From: Oscillospiraceae bacterium
GTDB lineage: Bacteria; Bacillota; Clostridia; Oscillospirales; SIG530
Length of the DNA stretch: 64,000 nt
NCBI GenBank assembly: GCA_015067075.1
Contig: SVND01000003.1
Span: 20,632 to 84,631, forward strand
Direction: 5' to 3'
The notes beneath the pieces are model-generated. The model worked only from the letters and a program-made list of their open reading frames with translations, did no database searches and was not told the origin of the DNA. Shown piece after piece: positions 36,612 through 45,788 of this stretch. How positions within the stretch are numbered: position 1 is the first letter of the stretch; every line of letters starts with the position of its first letter. The translations under genes were made by a program, and so were the position numbers.

Positions 36612-37616
36612 ACCGAATGAAAAGAAACGGTAGCGTTCCTTTATCGCCTCGCCGTATGCATTCATTATATTTTCCTTGCCTGCAAGCGCGGAAACAAGCA
36701 TTATAAGCGTGCTTTGTGGCAGATGGAAGTTAGTTATCATCGCTTTGCACATCTTAAAGCGATAGCCCGGATAAATGAATATATCGGTGTTGCCCGAAAG
36801 CTTCGTGATCTTTCCGCTTTCATCGGAAGCCGATTCAAGTGTGCGGCAGCTCGTTGTGCCTACACAGATTATACGTCTGCCCTGCTCCGCCGCTTTATTT
36901 ATAGTCTGCGCCGCCTGATCGGTGATGGAATAAAACTCTGTGTGCATTTTATGCTCCTCGACCTTATCCACCTTTACGGGACGGAATGTGCCAAGCCCGA
37001 TATGGAGCGTTACATAAACGACGTCTATCTTCTTTTCAGCTATTTTCGCCAAAAGCTCAGGTGTAAAATGCAAGCCCGCTGTCGGAGCGGCAGCAGAGCC
37101 AAGCTCCCTTGCATACACAGTCTGATATCGTGAGCCGTCTTCGAGGCGCTCCTTGATATAGGGCGGCAAAGGCATATTACCTATCTCATCGAGTAATTCG
37201 TAAAAATTACCGTCATATGTGAATTTTACGATCCTGTTGCCATCGTCAACGACCTCAAGTATCTCTGCCACAAGTTTTCCGCCGCCAAAGGAAAATTTCG
37301 CTCCCGGCAGCGCCTTTCTTCCCGGCCGCAAAATAACCTCCCATACATCGCCCTCGATGCATTTTAAAAGCACAAATTCGATTTTTGCACCCGTAGGTAT
37401 CTTTTCGCCGAAAATTCGTGCAGGCAACACCTTCGAATCATTGAGCACCAAGCAATCGCCTTCCTTAAGAAAGTCGATAATATCGTGAAACCGCTTATGC
37501 TCAAGCTCACCCGTTTGCCTATGCAAAACGAGAAGCCTTGACATATCGCGCTGTGCCGACGGAGTTTGCGCTATAAGCTCCTGCGGCAGCTCGTAATCAA
37601 AATCAGAAACATTCAT
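36591..37616 (-). CDS. queA: S-adenosylmethionine:tRNA ribosyltransferase-isomerase
   Basis: [59 protein letters not shown]. Confidence 0.97.
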   Translation of the reverse strand: MNVSDFDYELPQELIAQTPSAQRDMSRLLVLHRQTGELEHKRFHDIIDFLKEGDCLVLNDSKVLPARIFGEKIPTGAKIEFVLLKCIEGDVWEVILRPGRKALPGAKFSFGGGKLVAEILEVVDDGNRIVKFTYDGNFYELLDEIGNMPLPPYIKERLEDGSRYQTVYARELGSAAAPTAGLHFTPELLAKIAEKKIDVVYVTLHIGLGTFRPVKVDKVEEHKMHTEFYSITDQAAQTINKAAEQGRRIICVGTTSCRTLESASDESGKITKLSGNTDIFIYPGYRFKMCKAMITNFHLPQSTLIMLVSALAGKENIMNAYGEAIKERYRFFSFGDAMFIE

Positions 37617-37640
37617 CTGCTTGTAAATCCATTCCTTTTG

Positions 37641-39722
37641 TTATCGCTTGTTGTAATTAGCTGCAATTCCGACGCCTGTATAGTAGTAGCGGATTATCTG
37701 GTCAAAACTATAGCCCGCAACTGCCATTCCGTGAGCGCCTTCCTGTGAAAGACCGACGCTATGTCCCCAGCCGCGTCCTTCAATAATGTACTTTACCACC
37801 TTTTTACTGCCTGACGAGGGTGAGTTGTCGCTGTTAAGCGCAACATCGGAGAAGTTATCCTGCTTATAAGGAGCAGGGATAGGCTCACCCGGCATCGGAG
37901 TGGGTGTCGCTGTTACGACTACGCCGGGCGCGCTCGTAGGTACAGGTGTCGGTGTGGGCGTTGCAGGTGTACCGAGGCTTTCATCAAGTCTTGTTACACC
38001 GTCCTCAGTCTGAACATACGTAGATGCTTCCTGGTTCATGGCATAAACGTAGTTGCTATACCCGTCAATTACAAATATAGCGCCGTCGTTTATTTTATAT
38101 GCTGTACCGTCACTTTTCGTTATCATTATGGGCTGAGCAGGTTTTTGATACACAACGCCTGAATACCATCCGCCCGCAAAGGCATTCGCTGTAAGGCCCG
38201 TAAGCGACATTGCCGACGTGGAATACATATCTATGTTGGGCAATCTGTCGGGAATACCCGTTACTATATTGCTCCAATTAAGCGTCGTTCTCACATTTCT
38301 TGCCTGCGCTGATTCGGCAATTTCCTGCGTACCGTCAGAGTACACTTTAATAATAATAAATCGTGAGCTTTTTACAAAGCCCGACAGCGCCGCACGGCTC
38401 TTTTCACAAGTCGAAAAGGTCAGCGTTTTTCCTCGCGAGTCCGTAACGTGAACTCGCTGTACGTTACCCGTGCTTGTATATTCGTCTACGTAAAGATTGG
38501 TTACGTCACCTACGAAATCTCTGCCCTTTTGGCGCTGAACGTTACCGAGCTGTTCAGGTGTTACCTCAAAGGACCAAGCGCCGTTTGATACGTTATTCGT
38601 ATCCTCGTAATAGTCTCGGACAGGCTGAAGATACGGCTTGCTTTCGCCGCCCCATACGTTAGAACTGCTTTCCGTGTAGCCGCCCGATGCAGAGAAAAAG
38701 TATGTATCGGCAAGCTCTCCGTTATACGTTATGACCATACCCTTTGTTTCGTCAACAGCCTGACGAACAACATCGTTTTCTCTTCCGCATCCGTAATATA
38801 CCTGACAGTTGTCGGAGCTGCATACATTATAGCCCTTTGAAAGATGCTTATCAAAATGCGACAGCGCATATGTACGGGAAATAAGCGCATGAGCCTTTTG
38901 TACCTCTAACGGCCAGCTGGGGTATATCTCATAGGATAAAACTCCGTAAAGGTATTCCTGCATTTCAAGCACGTTTACAAGGTTTATCTTACCGCTTTTA
39001 AGCTGATATTCAAAAGTGCCTCTATAGCGGTATGAACCGTGCTTCATTGTTGAAAATTCAGCATCGGGCTGATATTGCGGACGTGCGGCAAACGTGTAGC
39101 CGTAAGCATTATCGCAATCGAATTCAAAAATAATATCGCCCGTATTCATATTTACGACAGTTATTACATTGCTTTTTTCACCAACGATGGAAACATTCTG
39201 ACCGACCGCGTTTGACACATATGACATTTCCGTCGCCGCTTCCTCTGCTGACGAATATGCGCCGACACGAAGCTTATAGCTCGTTCCCGTGTACGCGGGA
39301 AACGCCATATATCCCATATTTTTTACCGAGTCAGCCGCCGCTCTCACAGATTGCTCAGTTGAATATTCCGCCGCAGCTTCAAGATGATACGCGCCTATAC
39401 GCAAACCGCTGTAATCTGTTTCCGACAGCGCATTGTCACGCATATAAACCGTTTTATCTGCAACGCAGGCAATAAATCTGTCATCTGCACCCACGTTATA
39501 TACAGGTACAAAATCATGCCCCATATTGGCATATCTGCCGAAAATAAAACCGTTTTCCGCAAAAGCATTTACCGAAAGCTGTGTTCCTCGGTTGTAATAC
39601 AAGCCGACACGAAGATACATATCCTGCACGGTGGTATTTGCCGAGGACGGTATGGCGGAGCAAAGCATGAGCAAAATAAGAGCTGTAAAAATAGCAATAA
39701 ATTTGCAAAGTTTGTTTTTCAT
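37641..39722 (-). CDS. SpoIID/LytB domain protein with SPOR-like region
   Basis: Signal peptide; LRVGL, EYLYGV..YE, KAHA..SRTY, CQVY, GWGHSVGLSQ.GA; ATG 39722 preceded by GAAAGGG. Confidence 0.88.
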   Translation of the reverse strand: MKNKLCKFIAIFTALILLMLCSAIPSSANTTVQDMYLRVGLYYNRGTQLSVNAFAENGFIFGRYANMGHDFVPVYNVGADDRFIACVADKTVYMRDNALSETDYSGLRIGAYHLEAAAEYSTEQSVRAAADSVKNMGYMAFPAYTGTSYKLRVGAYSSAEEAATEMSYVSNAVGQNVSIVGEKSNVITVVNMNTGDIIFEFDCDNAYGYTFAARPQYQPDAEFSTMKHGSYRYRGTFEYQLKSGKINLVNVLEMQEYLYGVLSYEIYPSWPLEVQKAHALISRTYALSHFDKHLSKGYNVCSSDNCQVYYGCGRENDVVRQAVDETKGMVITYNGELADTYFFSASGGYTESSSNVWGGESKPYLQPVRDYYEDTNNVSNGAWSFEVTPEQLGNVQRQKGRDFVGDVTNLYVDEYTSTGNVQRVHVTDSRGKTLTFSTCEKSRAALSGFVKSSRFIIIKVYSDGTQEIAESAQARNVRTTLNWSNIVTGIPDRLPNIDMYSTSAMSLTGLTANAFAGGWYSGVVYQKPAQPIMITKSDGTAYKINDGAIFVIDGYSNYVYAMNQEASTYVQTEDGVTRLDESLGTPATPTPTPVPTSAPGVVVTATPTPMPGEPIPAPYKQDNFSDVALNSDNSPSSGSKKVVKYIIEGRGWGHSVGLSQEGAHGMAVAGYSFDQIIRYYYTGVGIAANYNKR

Positions 39723-39733
39723 CTGGTTCCCTT

Positions 39734-41095
39734 TCATTTTAATCGTCTGTTTTTTGTTCCGTCGTATGTTGATACTTTTGTTTTTTCTCGTTTTCTTTGA
39801 GCACCCTTAGGACGCCAATTTTTCAAAATGATAACGAGAATATAGAACAGAATAAGCGCTATAGTAATGAAAACGAATATTTTCATCCATATGCTTCCGA
39901 ACGCATCAAGCACGTTTCGGCTGTATTCCATAAATCCGCTTTTTTCGATCCCCGTAATAGCCACAAGGTCGACCGTTCCGTAAATTTTATCGTTATAGGA
40001 TACGGTTACGCTTCCAAGCACCTGACCTTTTACAACGGGTGCTTCGATGCTTTCAGGTGTTGAAACTTCCTTTTTAATAAGCGACTCGTCCATTTCAGTC
40101 GGTGCAAGCACACGAAGGTCCTCGGCAGGTACGAGCACTACCGAGTCGGCATCAGAGGAAAGCGTTACAGCAAGCTGTGTTATAGTTTCCGTTTTCGAAA
40201 GCACCTTTGTGAATTCAAAGCTTTTGAACGCCCAATCTAAAAGTGCCTTTGCGTCAACGTAGCTGTTGATGCTGTCTGCCGTCTTTGTCGAGCCCATAAC
40301 GATGCAAAGATACTCATAATCTCCGCTTTCAGCCGTCGTTACAAGGCATTGACCGCCCTTGGACGTACTGCCGCTGTTAAGTCCCGATGCTTTTGAATAT
40401 CTGTATTTGACCTCAAGCTTCTGGGAAACAAAATAATTGGATGAGTTAAAGGTGCGCTCCTTATTTGTGTCCGATGCTTCAATGGTATAATCAACGTAAT
40501 CAGAATATGCGACGAAATTTTCAAGCTGTATCGCCTTCATGGCTATGCGTGCCATGTCGCGTGCCGTTGTATACTGTCCCTCGGCATCAAAGCCTGTGGC
40601 ATTTTTAAAATATGTAGATGTAAGTCCAAGCTCCGCCGCGTAGCTGTTCATCTGTTCGACGAAAGCGCTTGTACTGCCGCCGCCGAAATGATACGCCAGC
40701 GTAAGCGCAGCATCATTTGCGGATGCTGTCAAAAGAGCAATAAGAAGCTCTTCGATGCTTATCTTTTCCCCTGCTTTAAAGCCTACAGATCTGCCCGATG
40801 TGTCGGCAGCTATCTGCGGTATGGCTATCTTTTCGGAAAAATCATCGCAAAGCTTATAGACCGTAAGAGCAGTCATGAGCTTCACTGTAGATGCAGGTGC
40901 TATCTGTACGTCGGCATCCTTTTCGTAAACAGTTTCGTTTGTAGTTATATTTACGACCATTGCCGCCTTCGCTGTTATATCGGGTGCTTGAGATGCACCT
41001 GCTGTCACTTCACCATATATCGGCAGGAATGCTGAAAAAATGTAAATAAAAATAAAAAATATTGCTCCGATTCTAAAAAATTTCCGTTTTTCTAT
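39734..41095 (-). CDS. D-alanyl-D-alanine carboxypeptidase (peptidase S11) with C-terminal TM anchor; probable ATA start
   Basis: PASTVK (SxxK), SAN (SxN), TTARD. The KTG motif appears degenerate (GLNSG). The frame stays open upstream of GTG 41008 to ATA 41095 behind GAAAGGGG. Confidence 0.82.
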   Translation of the reverse strand: MEKRKFFRIGAIFFIFIYIFSAFLPIYGEVTAGASQAPDITAKAAMVVNITTNETVYEKDADVQIAPASTVKLMTALTVYKLCDDFSEKIAIPQIAADTSGRSVGFKAGEKISIEELLIALLTASANDAALTLAYHFGGGSTSAFVEQMNSYAAELGLTSTYFKNATGFDAEGQYTTARDMARIAMKAIQLENFVAYSDYVDYTIEASDTNKERTFNSSNYFVSQKLEVKYRYSKASGLNSGSTSKGGQCLVTTAESGDYEYLCIVMGSTKTADSINSYVDAKALLDWAFKSFEFTKVLSKTETITQLAVTLSSDADSVVLVPAEDLRVLAPTEMDESLIKKEVSTPESIEAPVVKGQVLGSVTVSYNDKIYGTVDLVAITGIEKSGFMEYSRNVLDAFGSIWMKIFVFITIALILFYILVIILKNWRPKGAQRKREKTKVSTYDGTKNRRLK

Positions 41096-41264
41096 GGAAA
41101 ACAGCCCCTTTCCGATGTATAATATAGATACAGAATAATTATATCAAAAAAAACTACATTTTTAAAGGGGTTTTCGCATTTTTTCTCATATTTTTTTAAG
41201 TTATTTTTTACCGAATATGAGATTGCGGGAAAAACCTAAAAAAACAGAAAGGAAACACTTAAAA

Positions 41265-41747
41265 ATGATACAGATCGTTCTCGTCGAACCTGAGATTCCG
41301 CAAAACACAGGCAACATTGCCCGCACCTGCGCCGCCACGGGCGCGCGTCTCCATCTTGTCGGTCCACTCGGCTTTAAAATCGACGACGCAAAGCTTAAAC
41401 GTGCGGGACTTGACTATTGGTATTTGCTCGATATTACGTATTACGACAACCTTGACGACTTTTTTGCAAAAAACAAGGGGGAGTTTTACTTTGCCTCAAC
41501 GAAGGCTAAGCACATTTACAGCGACGTTACATATCCCGACGGTGCATATTTGTTTTTCGGCAAGGAGACAAAGGGCTTGCCCGAAGCTTTGCTCGCCGAA
41601 AACTACGACCGTGCCATTCGCATTCCCATGATAGATGAGGCGCGAAGCCTCAATCTGTCCAACTCCGTGGCCATCGTTGTGTACGAAGCATTGCGCCAGC
41701 AGGGCTTTCCGAATATGCTCACTGAAGGGCATCTGACACAGTTTTAA
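41265..41747 (+). CDS. trmL: tRNA (cytidine/uridine-34-2'-O)-methyltransferase
   Basis: EPEIPQNTGNIARTC, RAGLDYW, FGKETKGLP, RSLNLSN. Confidence 0.95.
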   Translation: MIQIVLVEPEIPQNTGNIARTCAATGARLHLVGPLGFKIDDAKLKRAGLDYWYLLDITYYDNLDDFFAKNKGEFYFASTKAKHIYSDVTYPDGAYLFFGKETKGLPEALLAENYDRAIRIPMIDEARSLNLSNSVAIVVYEALRQQGFPNMLTEGHLTQF

Positions 41748-41760
41748 AGGAGCTGATTTG

Positions 41761-43305
41761 ATGAGATCCTATTTTGAATACGTCCGTCACGACGGCGAAG
41801 ATTTTTTCACCGTCGTTATATTGCCCGACAAGAGCGTCCATTATCCCGTCGTCGTAATGCGCAACCCTTACGTCGGTCATTTGACCGAAGCCGATGAAAA
41901 CGAGATAGTGCGTCAATACGAGGACTCCTTGCGCCAATGGACGGACAGTGGTTACGCCGTTGTGTATCAGCACTGTCGCGGACAGGGTAAAAGCACGGGA
42001 GCGTTCGTTCCTTATATTCAGGAGCGTGAAGACAGCTCTGCGCTTTTCGATTGGATACGAAAGCAAGATTTTTACGGCGGTGAAATGTATCTTGTTGGCG
42101 GCAGCTACACAGCATCGCTTTTCTACACCGCCGTCCCCTTTGCAAGCGATATAAAGGGCGCTGTATTGGAGGTTCAGGATTGTGAGAGATACCGCCTTTG
42201 GTATCGCAACGGTCAAATGCGCAAGGGGCACGCAAATTGGCATTTTTCTTTATACAAAGCCAAATGTAACCTCGACAAATCGTTTAATATACGCTCTTTT
42301 TCCGCTTTGCCGCTTGCGGGACTTTCGGAAAAAGTTCTCGGTGACCGCGCCGAGGATTTCGAGCAGATGCTTGAGGCTGAACGTCCCGACCATAAATTCT
42401 GGAGCACGCGCTTTGGCGGAGGAGAAGCTCATAACGCCGTTAAAAGCGCAGGTATCCCCATACTTTTCACAAGCGGATATAACGATTTTTATATCGGCGG
42501 TATGTTTGCGATGTGGAACGAGCTGGACGATGACACTCGAAAGCAATGCGCATTTTTAGTTTCTCCCTACGATCACGGCGACAATTTCAGCTCGGAAAAT
42601 GGGCTTTCTTTTGAAAAAGGCCGTCGTAGTGAGCAATTCGGCGGATACCAGATTGCCTGGATAGAAAATATCCGCAAAAAAACATCTTTGCCCTTTGAAA
42701 AAGGCGTTATCACATATTACCGTACTTTTGAAAACCGTTGGGACAGCGATTTTTACGCTACTCCCACGAAGGATATGCTCTTTATACTGGGAAACGATAC
42801 GCTTTCGCTGACTTATGACCCGAAAGATCCTCCCTTTTTTGACGGTGAAGGCTCTTTGAAAAACGGCTCGTACGATCGTGGCGACGTTATCACCTTATAC
42901 ACCGAGCCATTTGAAAAAGATACGTTTGTAAAAGGTAAAATGAAAATGCAGTTAGCCGTAAGCTCCGACTGCGCCGACACGTCTTTTTATGTAAGAATAA
43001 GCATAAAAACACCCGACGGAGATTACTGTCTTCGCCATGATATAACTTCGCTTTGCTATCAACTTGGTGATTATACGGAAAACTCACAGGTTCTTTTGAA
43101 CTTCACCTTTGATGAATACGCATTTGCCGTAAAAAAGGGTGGTCGTCTGCGAATTGATATTGCACCGACAGACGATAACGCCTATGTTTGTCATACCAAC
43201 ACAAAAGGGCAATACAGCCGTCAGACGAAAGCGGTAACAGCTGTAAATACCGTGTTTTTGCACAGGTCTACGCTAACTTTACCCGTTGAAAGCGATTATC
43301 TTTAA
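41761..43305 (+). CDS. CocE/NonD (peptidase S15) family hydrolase
   Basis: RNPY, CRGQGKSTG, GGSY nucleophile motif, GYND, PYDH; PepX_C-like C-terminus. Confidence 0.85.
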   Translation: MRSYFEYVRHDGEDFFTVVILPDKSVHYPVVVMRNPYVGHLTEADENEIVRQYEDSLRQWTDSGYAVVYQHCRGQGKSTGAFVPYIQEREDSSALFDWIRKQDFYGGEMYLVGGSYTASLFYTAVPFASDIKGAVLEVQDCERYRLWYRNGQMRKGHANWHFSLYKAKCNLDKSFNIRSFSALPLAGLSEKVLGDRAEDFEQMLEAERPDHKFWSTRFGGGEAHNAVKSAGIPILFTSGYNDFYIGGMFAMWNELDDDTRKQCAFLVSPYDHGDNFSSENGLSFEKGRRSEQFGGYQIAWIENIRKKTSLPFEKGVITYYRTFENRWDSDFYATPTKDMLFILGNDTLSLTYDPKDPPFFDGEGSLKNGSYDRGDVITLYTEPFEKDTFVKGKMKMQLAVSSDCADTSFYVRISIKTPDGDYCLRHDITSLCYQLGDYTENSQVLLNFTFDEYAFAVKKGGRLRIDIAPTDDNAYVCHTNTKGQYSRQTKAVTAVNTVFLHRSTLTLPVESDYL

Positions 43306-43318
43306 TTAAAATTTTGCT

Positions 43319-43347
43319 GAATATTTACGCGCGTTTTGTTAAAACTA
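43319..43347 (+). promoter_or_regulatory. Possible sigma-G (forespore) promoter
   Basis: GAATA-17 bp-AAAACTA fits GHATA-N17/18-MAWAMTA. Confidence 0.45.
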
Positions 43348-43402
43348 CTACAGAAACCTTTGTTTCATCAAAAAAGATGCCAAACCGAAAGGAATGTAGA
43401 TC

Positions 43403-43573
43403 ATGACAAAGCGAATTTGCGCAATTATTGCTGCGCTTGCAATTTGTTTTTGCTTTAGCGGATGTGAAAACGGCATGATGGAAAACGGCGACGATGCAAA
43501 GCCTACGGAGACAAATAAGTTTACAATTACGCCTACGCCCATAAGCATGCCCAATACAACTGCCGCACCTTAA
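43403..43573 (+). CDS. 56-aa lipoprotein (not in the ORF track)
   Basis: GAAAGGA RBS; MTKRICAIIAALAICFCFSG-C lipobox; T/P-rich tail; terminator directly after the stop. Confidence 0.75.
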   Translation: MTKRICAIIAALAICFCFSGCENGMMENGDDAKPTETNKFTITPTPISMPNTTAAP

Positions 43574-43576
43574 CTT

Positions 43577-43617
43577 AAAAAAGTGACTGTCCGAAAAATC
43601 GAACAGTCACTTTTTTT
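43577..43617. terminator. Bidirectional terminator
   Basis: AAAAAAGTGACTGT/ACAGTCACTTTTTT. Confidence 0.75.
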
Positions 43618-43619
43618 AT

Positions 43620-44249
43620 TTACTTAGTTCCGAAAATTCTGTCACCTGCATCGCCCAAGCCAGGTACGATGTAGCCGTTTTCGTTAAGTCCTTCGTCAAC
43701 GTTCGCGCAGTATATCTCAACGTCGGGGTGCGCCTTTGACAGCGCCTCGATGCCTTCGGGTGCGGCAATGATGCAAAGGAATTTAATGTGCTTTCCGCCG
43801 TATGATTTGATCTGGCTTATGGCGTCGATAGCAGAGCCGCCCGTTGCAAGCATAGGGTCTACTACTACGATAAGACGTTCTTCAATATCAGGGGGAAGCT
43901 TACAATAATACTCATGGGGCTGAAGAGTTTCTTCGTCGCGGTACATACCGATGTGTCCGACCTTTGCGGAGGGAACAAGGCTCAACATACCGTCAACCAT
44001 GCCAAGTCCCGCACGAAGGATAGGAACAACAGCAAGCTTTTTACCCTTAATGAGGTTTTGCTTTGTCTTTTTGATAGGTGTTTCGATCTCAACAGCTTCA
44101 ACAGGAAGATCGCGAAGCGCTTCATAGCACATAAGCATCGTTATTTCCTGAATGATCTCGCGGAATTCTTTATTCGGCGTAGCTTTCTGTCTGATGATCG
44201 TTGTCTTATGCTGAATAAGAGGATGGTCGAATATAGTTACATTTTTCAT
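43620..44249 (-). CDS. upp: Uracil phosphoribosyltransferase
   Basis: [43 protein letters not shown]. Confidence 0.97.
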   Translation of the reverse strand: MKNVTIFDHPLIQHKTTIIRQKATPNKEFREIIQEITMLMCYEALRDLPVEAVEIETPIKKTKQNLIKGKKLAVVPILRAGLGMVDGMLSLVPSAKVGHIGMYRDEETLQPHEYYCKLPPDIEERLIVVVDPMLATGGSAIDAISQIKSYGGKHIKFLCIIAAPEGIEALSKAHPDVEIYCANVDEGLNENGYIVPGLGDAGDRIFGTK

Positions 44250-45628
44250 TATTTGTTTTCCCTTGCCTTTGAAACTACTATATTAACGATTATGCCGAGG
44301 ACGAGTGCGCAAGCGATAGTTGTGATATAAACTTTACCGATTGCCATTGACATTCCGCCGATACCTGTAATCAAAATTACGGAAGTTGTGAATAGATTTG
44401 CGTTATCTTCAAGATTTACCTTCTGGATCATCTTAAGACCGGAAACGGCGATAAATCCGTAAAGAGTGATGCAGACACCGCCCATTACGCATCCCGGAAT
44501 GGAATCAAGGAATGCAACAAAGGGAGAGATGAAGGATATAAGGATGGCAAGTATAGCCGTCGTCGTAATCGTTACGATGGAAGCGTTTCTTGTGATAGCT
44601 ACGCAGCCAACGGATTCGCCGTAAGTTGTGTTCGGGCAGCCGCCGAAGAATGCACCCGCCATGGAGCCGATACCGTCACCGAGGAGCGTTCTGGAAAGGC
44701 CGGGCTCTTCAAGAAGATCGCTTTCAATGATGGAAGAAAGGTTCTTGTGGTCTGCAAGGTGCTCCGCAAATACAACGAAAGCAACAGGCAAATATGCAAC
44801 TGCAACAGTTGCAAGATAGGAAGCATTAAATTCTTTTAAGCCTTTGAATGCTGCGATGAAGCTGAATTCAGGCAATGCCAAGAACGTTTTGATTCCAACG
44901 CCGTCTGCAACGAGAGCTTTAAAGGGAGCAAAATCAATTACCATAAGTGCGGCATTATTTGTTGCAATACCGATAAGTGTGAATATAAGAGCTACTGCGT
45001 AGCCTGCAAGTATACCAATAATGAAGGGGATGAGCTTCGCCATTTTCTTGCCGTATGTTGAGCAAAGGATAACAACGATCAACGTTACCAAAGCACAAAT
45101 TACGGAAACCCAAATGTTTGTCTTCATAAGGAAATAAGCAGATATACCGAAAGAAACTTTTTCTCCGTAAGAAAATACGTCATTGATAGCCGCGCCTGCA
45201 AGGGAAAGACCGATAAGCGCAACTGTGGGGCCGATAACAACGGGAGGCATAAGCTTATTTATCCACTTAATGCCTGCGAGCTTAACTACGATAGCAATGA
45301 TCACATAGACAAGTCCTGCTATTATTGCACCGACGATAAGGCCGAGATAGCCAAGCTGCATAGATGCAGCGCCGCCGAATGCTGCGCTCATAGAGCCGAT
45401 GAATGCAAACGAAGAACCAAGGAAAACAGGGCTCTTAAACTTTGTGAAAAGCTGGTAAACAATTGTTCCTACACCTGCGCCGAAAAGTGCCGCAGATGCT
45501 GTCATACCGTTTCCGACGATTGCGGGAACAGCGATAGTTGCCGCCATGATCGCGAGCAACTGCTGAATTGCAAAAATAAGCATTGCTCCGAACTTTGGCT
45601 TGTCTTTGATGCCGTAGATCAGTTTCAT
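44249..45628 (-). CDS. uraA: Uracil-xanthine (NCS2) permease
   Basis: GGAGG RBS before MKLIYG; LGSSFAF, PPVVIGP, EHLADH, PNTTYGE; stop overlaps the upp start. Confidence 0.88.
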   Translation of the reverse strand: MKLIYGIKDKPKFGAMLIFAIQQLLAIMAATIAVPAIVGNGMTASAALFGAGVGTIVYQLFTKFKSPVFLGSSFAFIGSMSAAFGGAASMQLGYLGLIVGAIIAGLVYVIIAIVVKLAGIKWINKLMPPVVIGPTVALIGLSLAGAAINDVFSYGEKVSFGISAYFLMKTNIWVSVICALVTLIVVILCSTYGKKMAKLIPFIIGILAGYAVALIFTLIGIATNNAALMVIDFAPFKALVADGVGIKTFLALPEFSFIAAFKGLKEFNASYLATVAVAYLPVAFVVFAEHLADHKNLSSIIESDLLEEPGLSRTLLGDGIGSMAGAFFGGCPNTTYGESVGCVAITRNASIVTITTTAILAILISFISPFVAFLDSIPGCVMGGVCITLYGFIAVSGLKMIQKVNLEDNANLFTTSVILITGIGGMSMAIGKVYITTIACALVLGIIVNIVVSKARENK

Positions 45629-45700
45629 TTTTTCTTCCTCCGTTTTTTCAGGCATACGCTTTTCAAAAAGCCCATATGCCCTCATTATGTAGTTGATAAT

Positions 45701-45729
45701 ACTATACCAAATTCTTCGCTGTTTGTCAA
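45701..45729 (-). promoter_or_regulatory. Sigma-A promoter of uraA-upp
   Basis: Minus strand TTGACA-17 bp-TATAGT with a TG extension. Confidence 0.7.
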
Positions 45730-45788
45730 GCAAAACAGGCTTTTTTAAAGAAAAATCCGCAGAAAATTTCTGCGGATCTTCTTTTATT

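Noticed and set aside
43348-43554. 68-aa minus-strand ORF
   Set aside because: The plus-strand lipoprotein at 43403-43573 has the RBS, lipobox and terminator.
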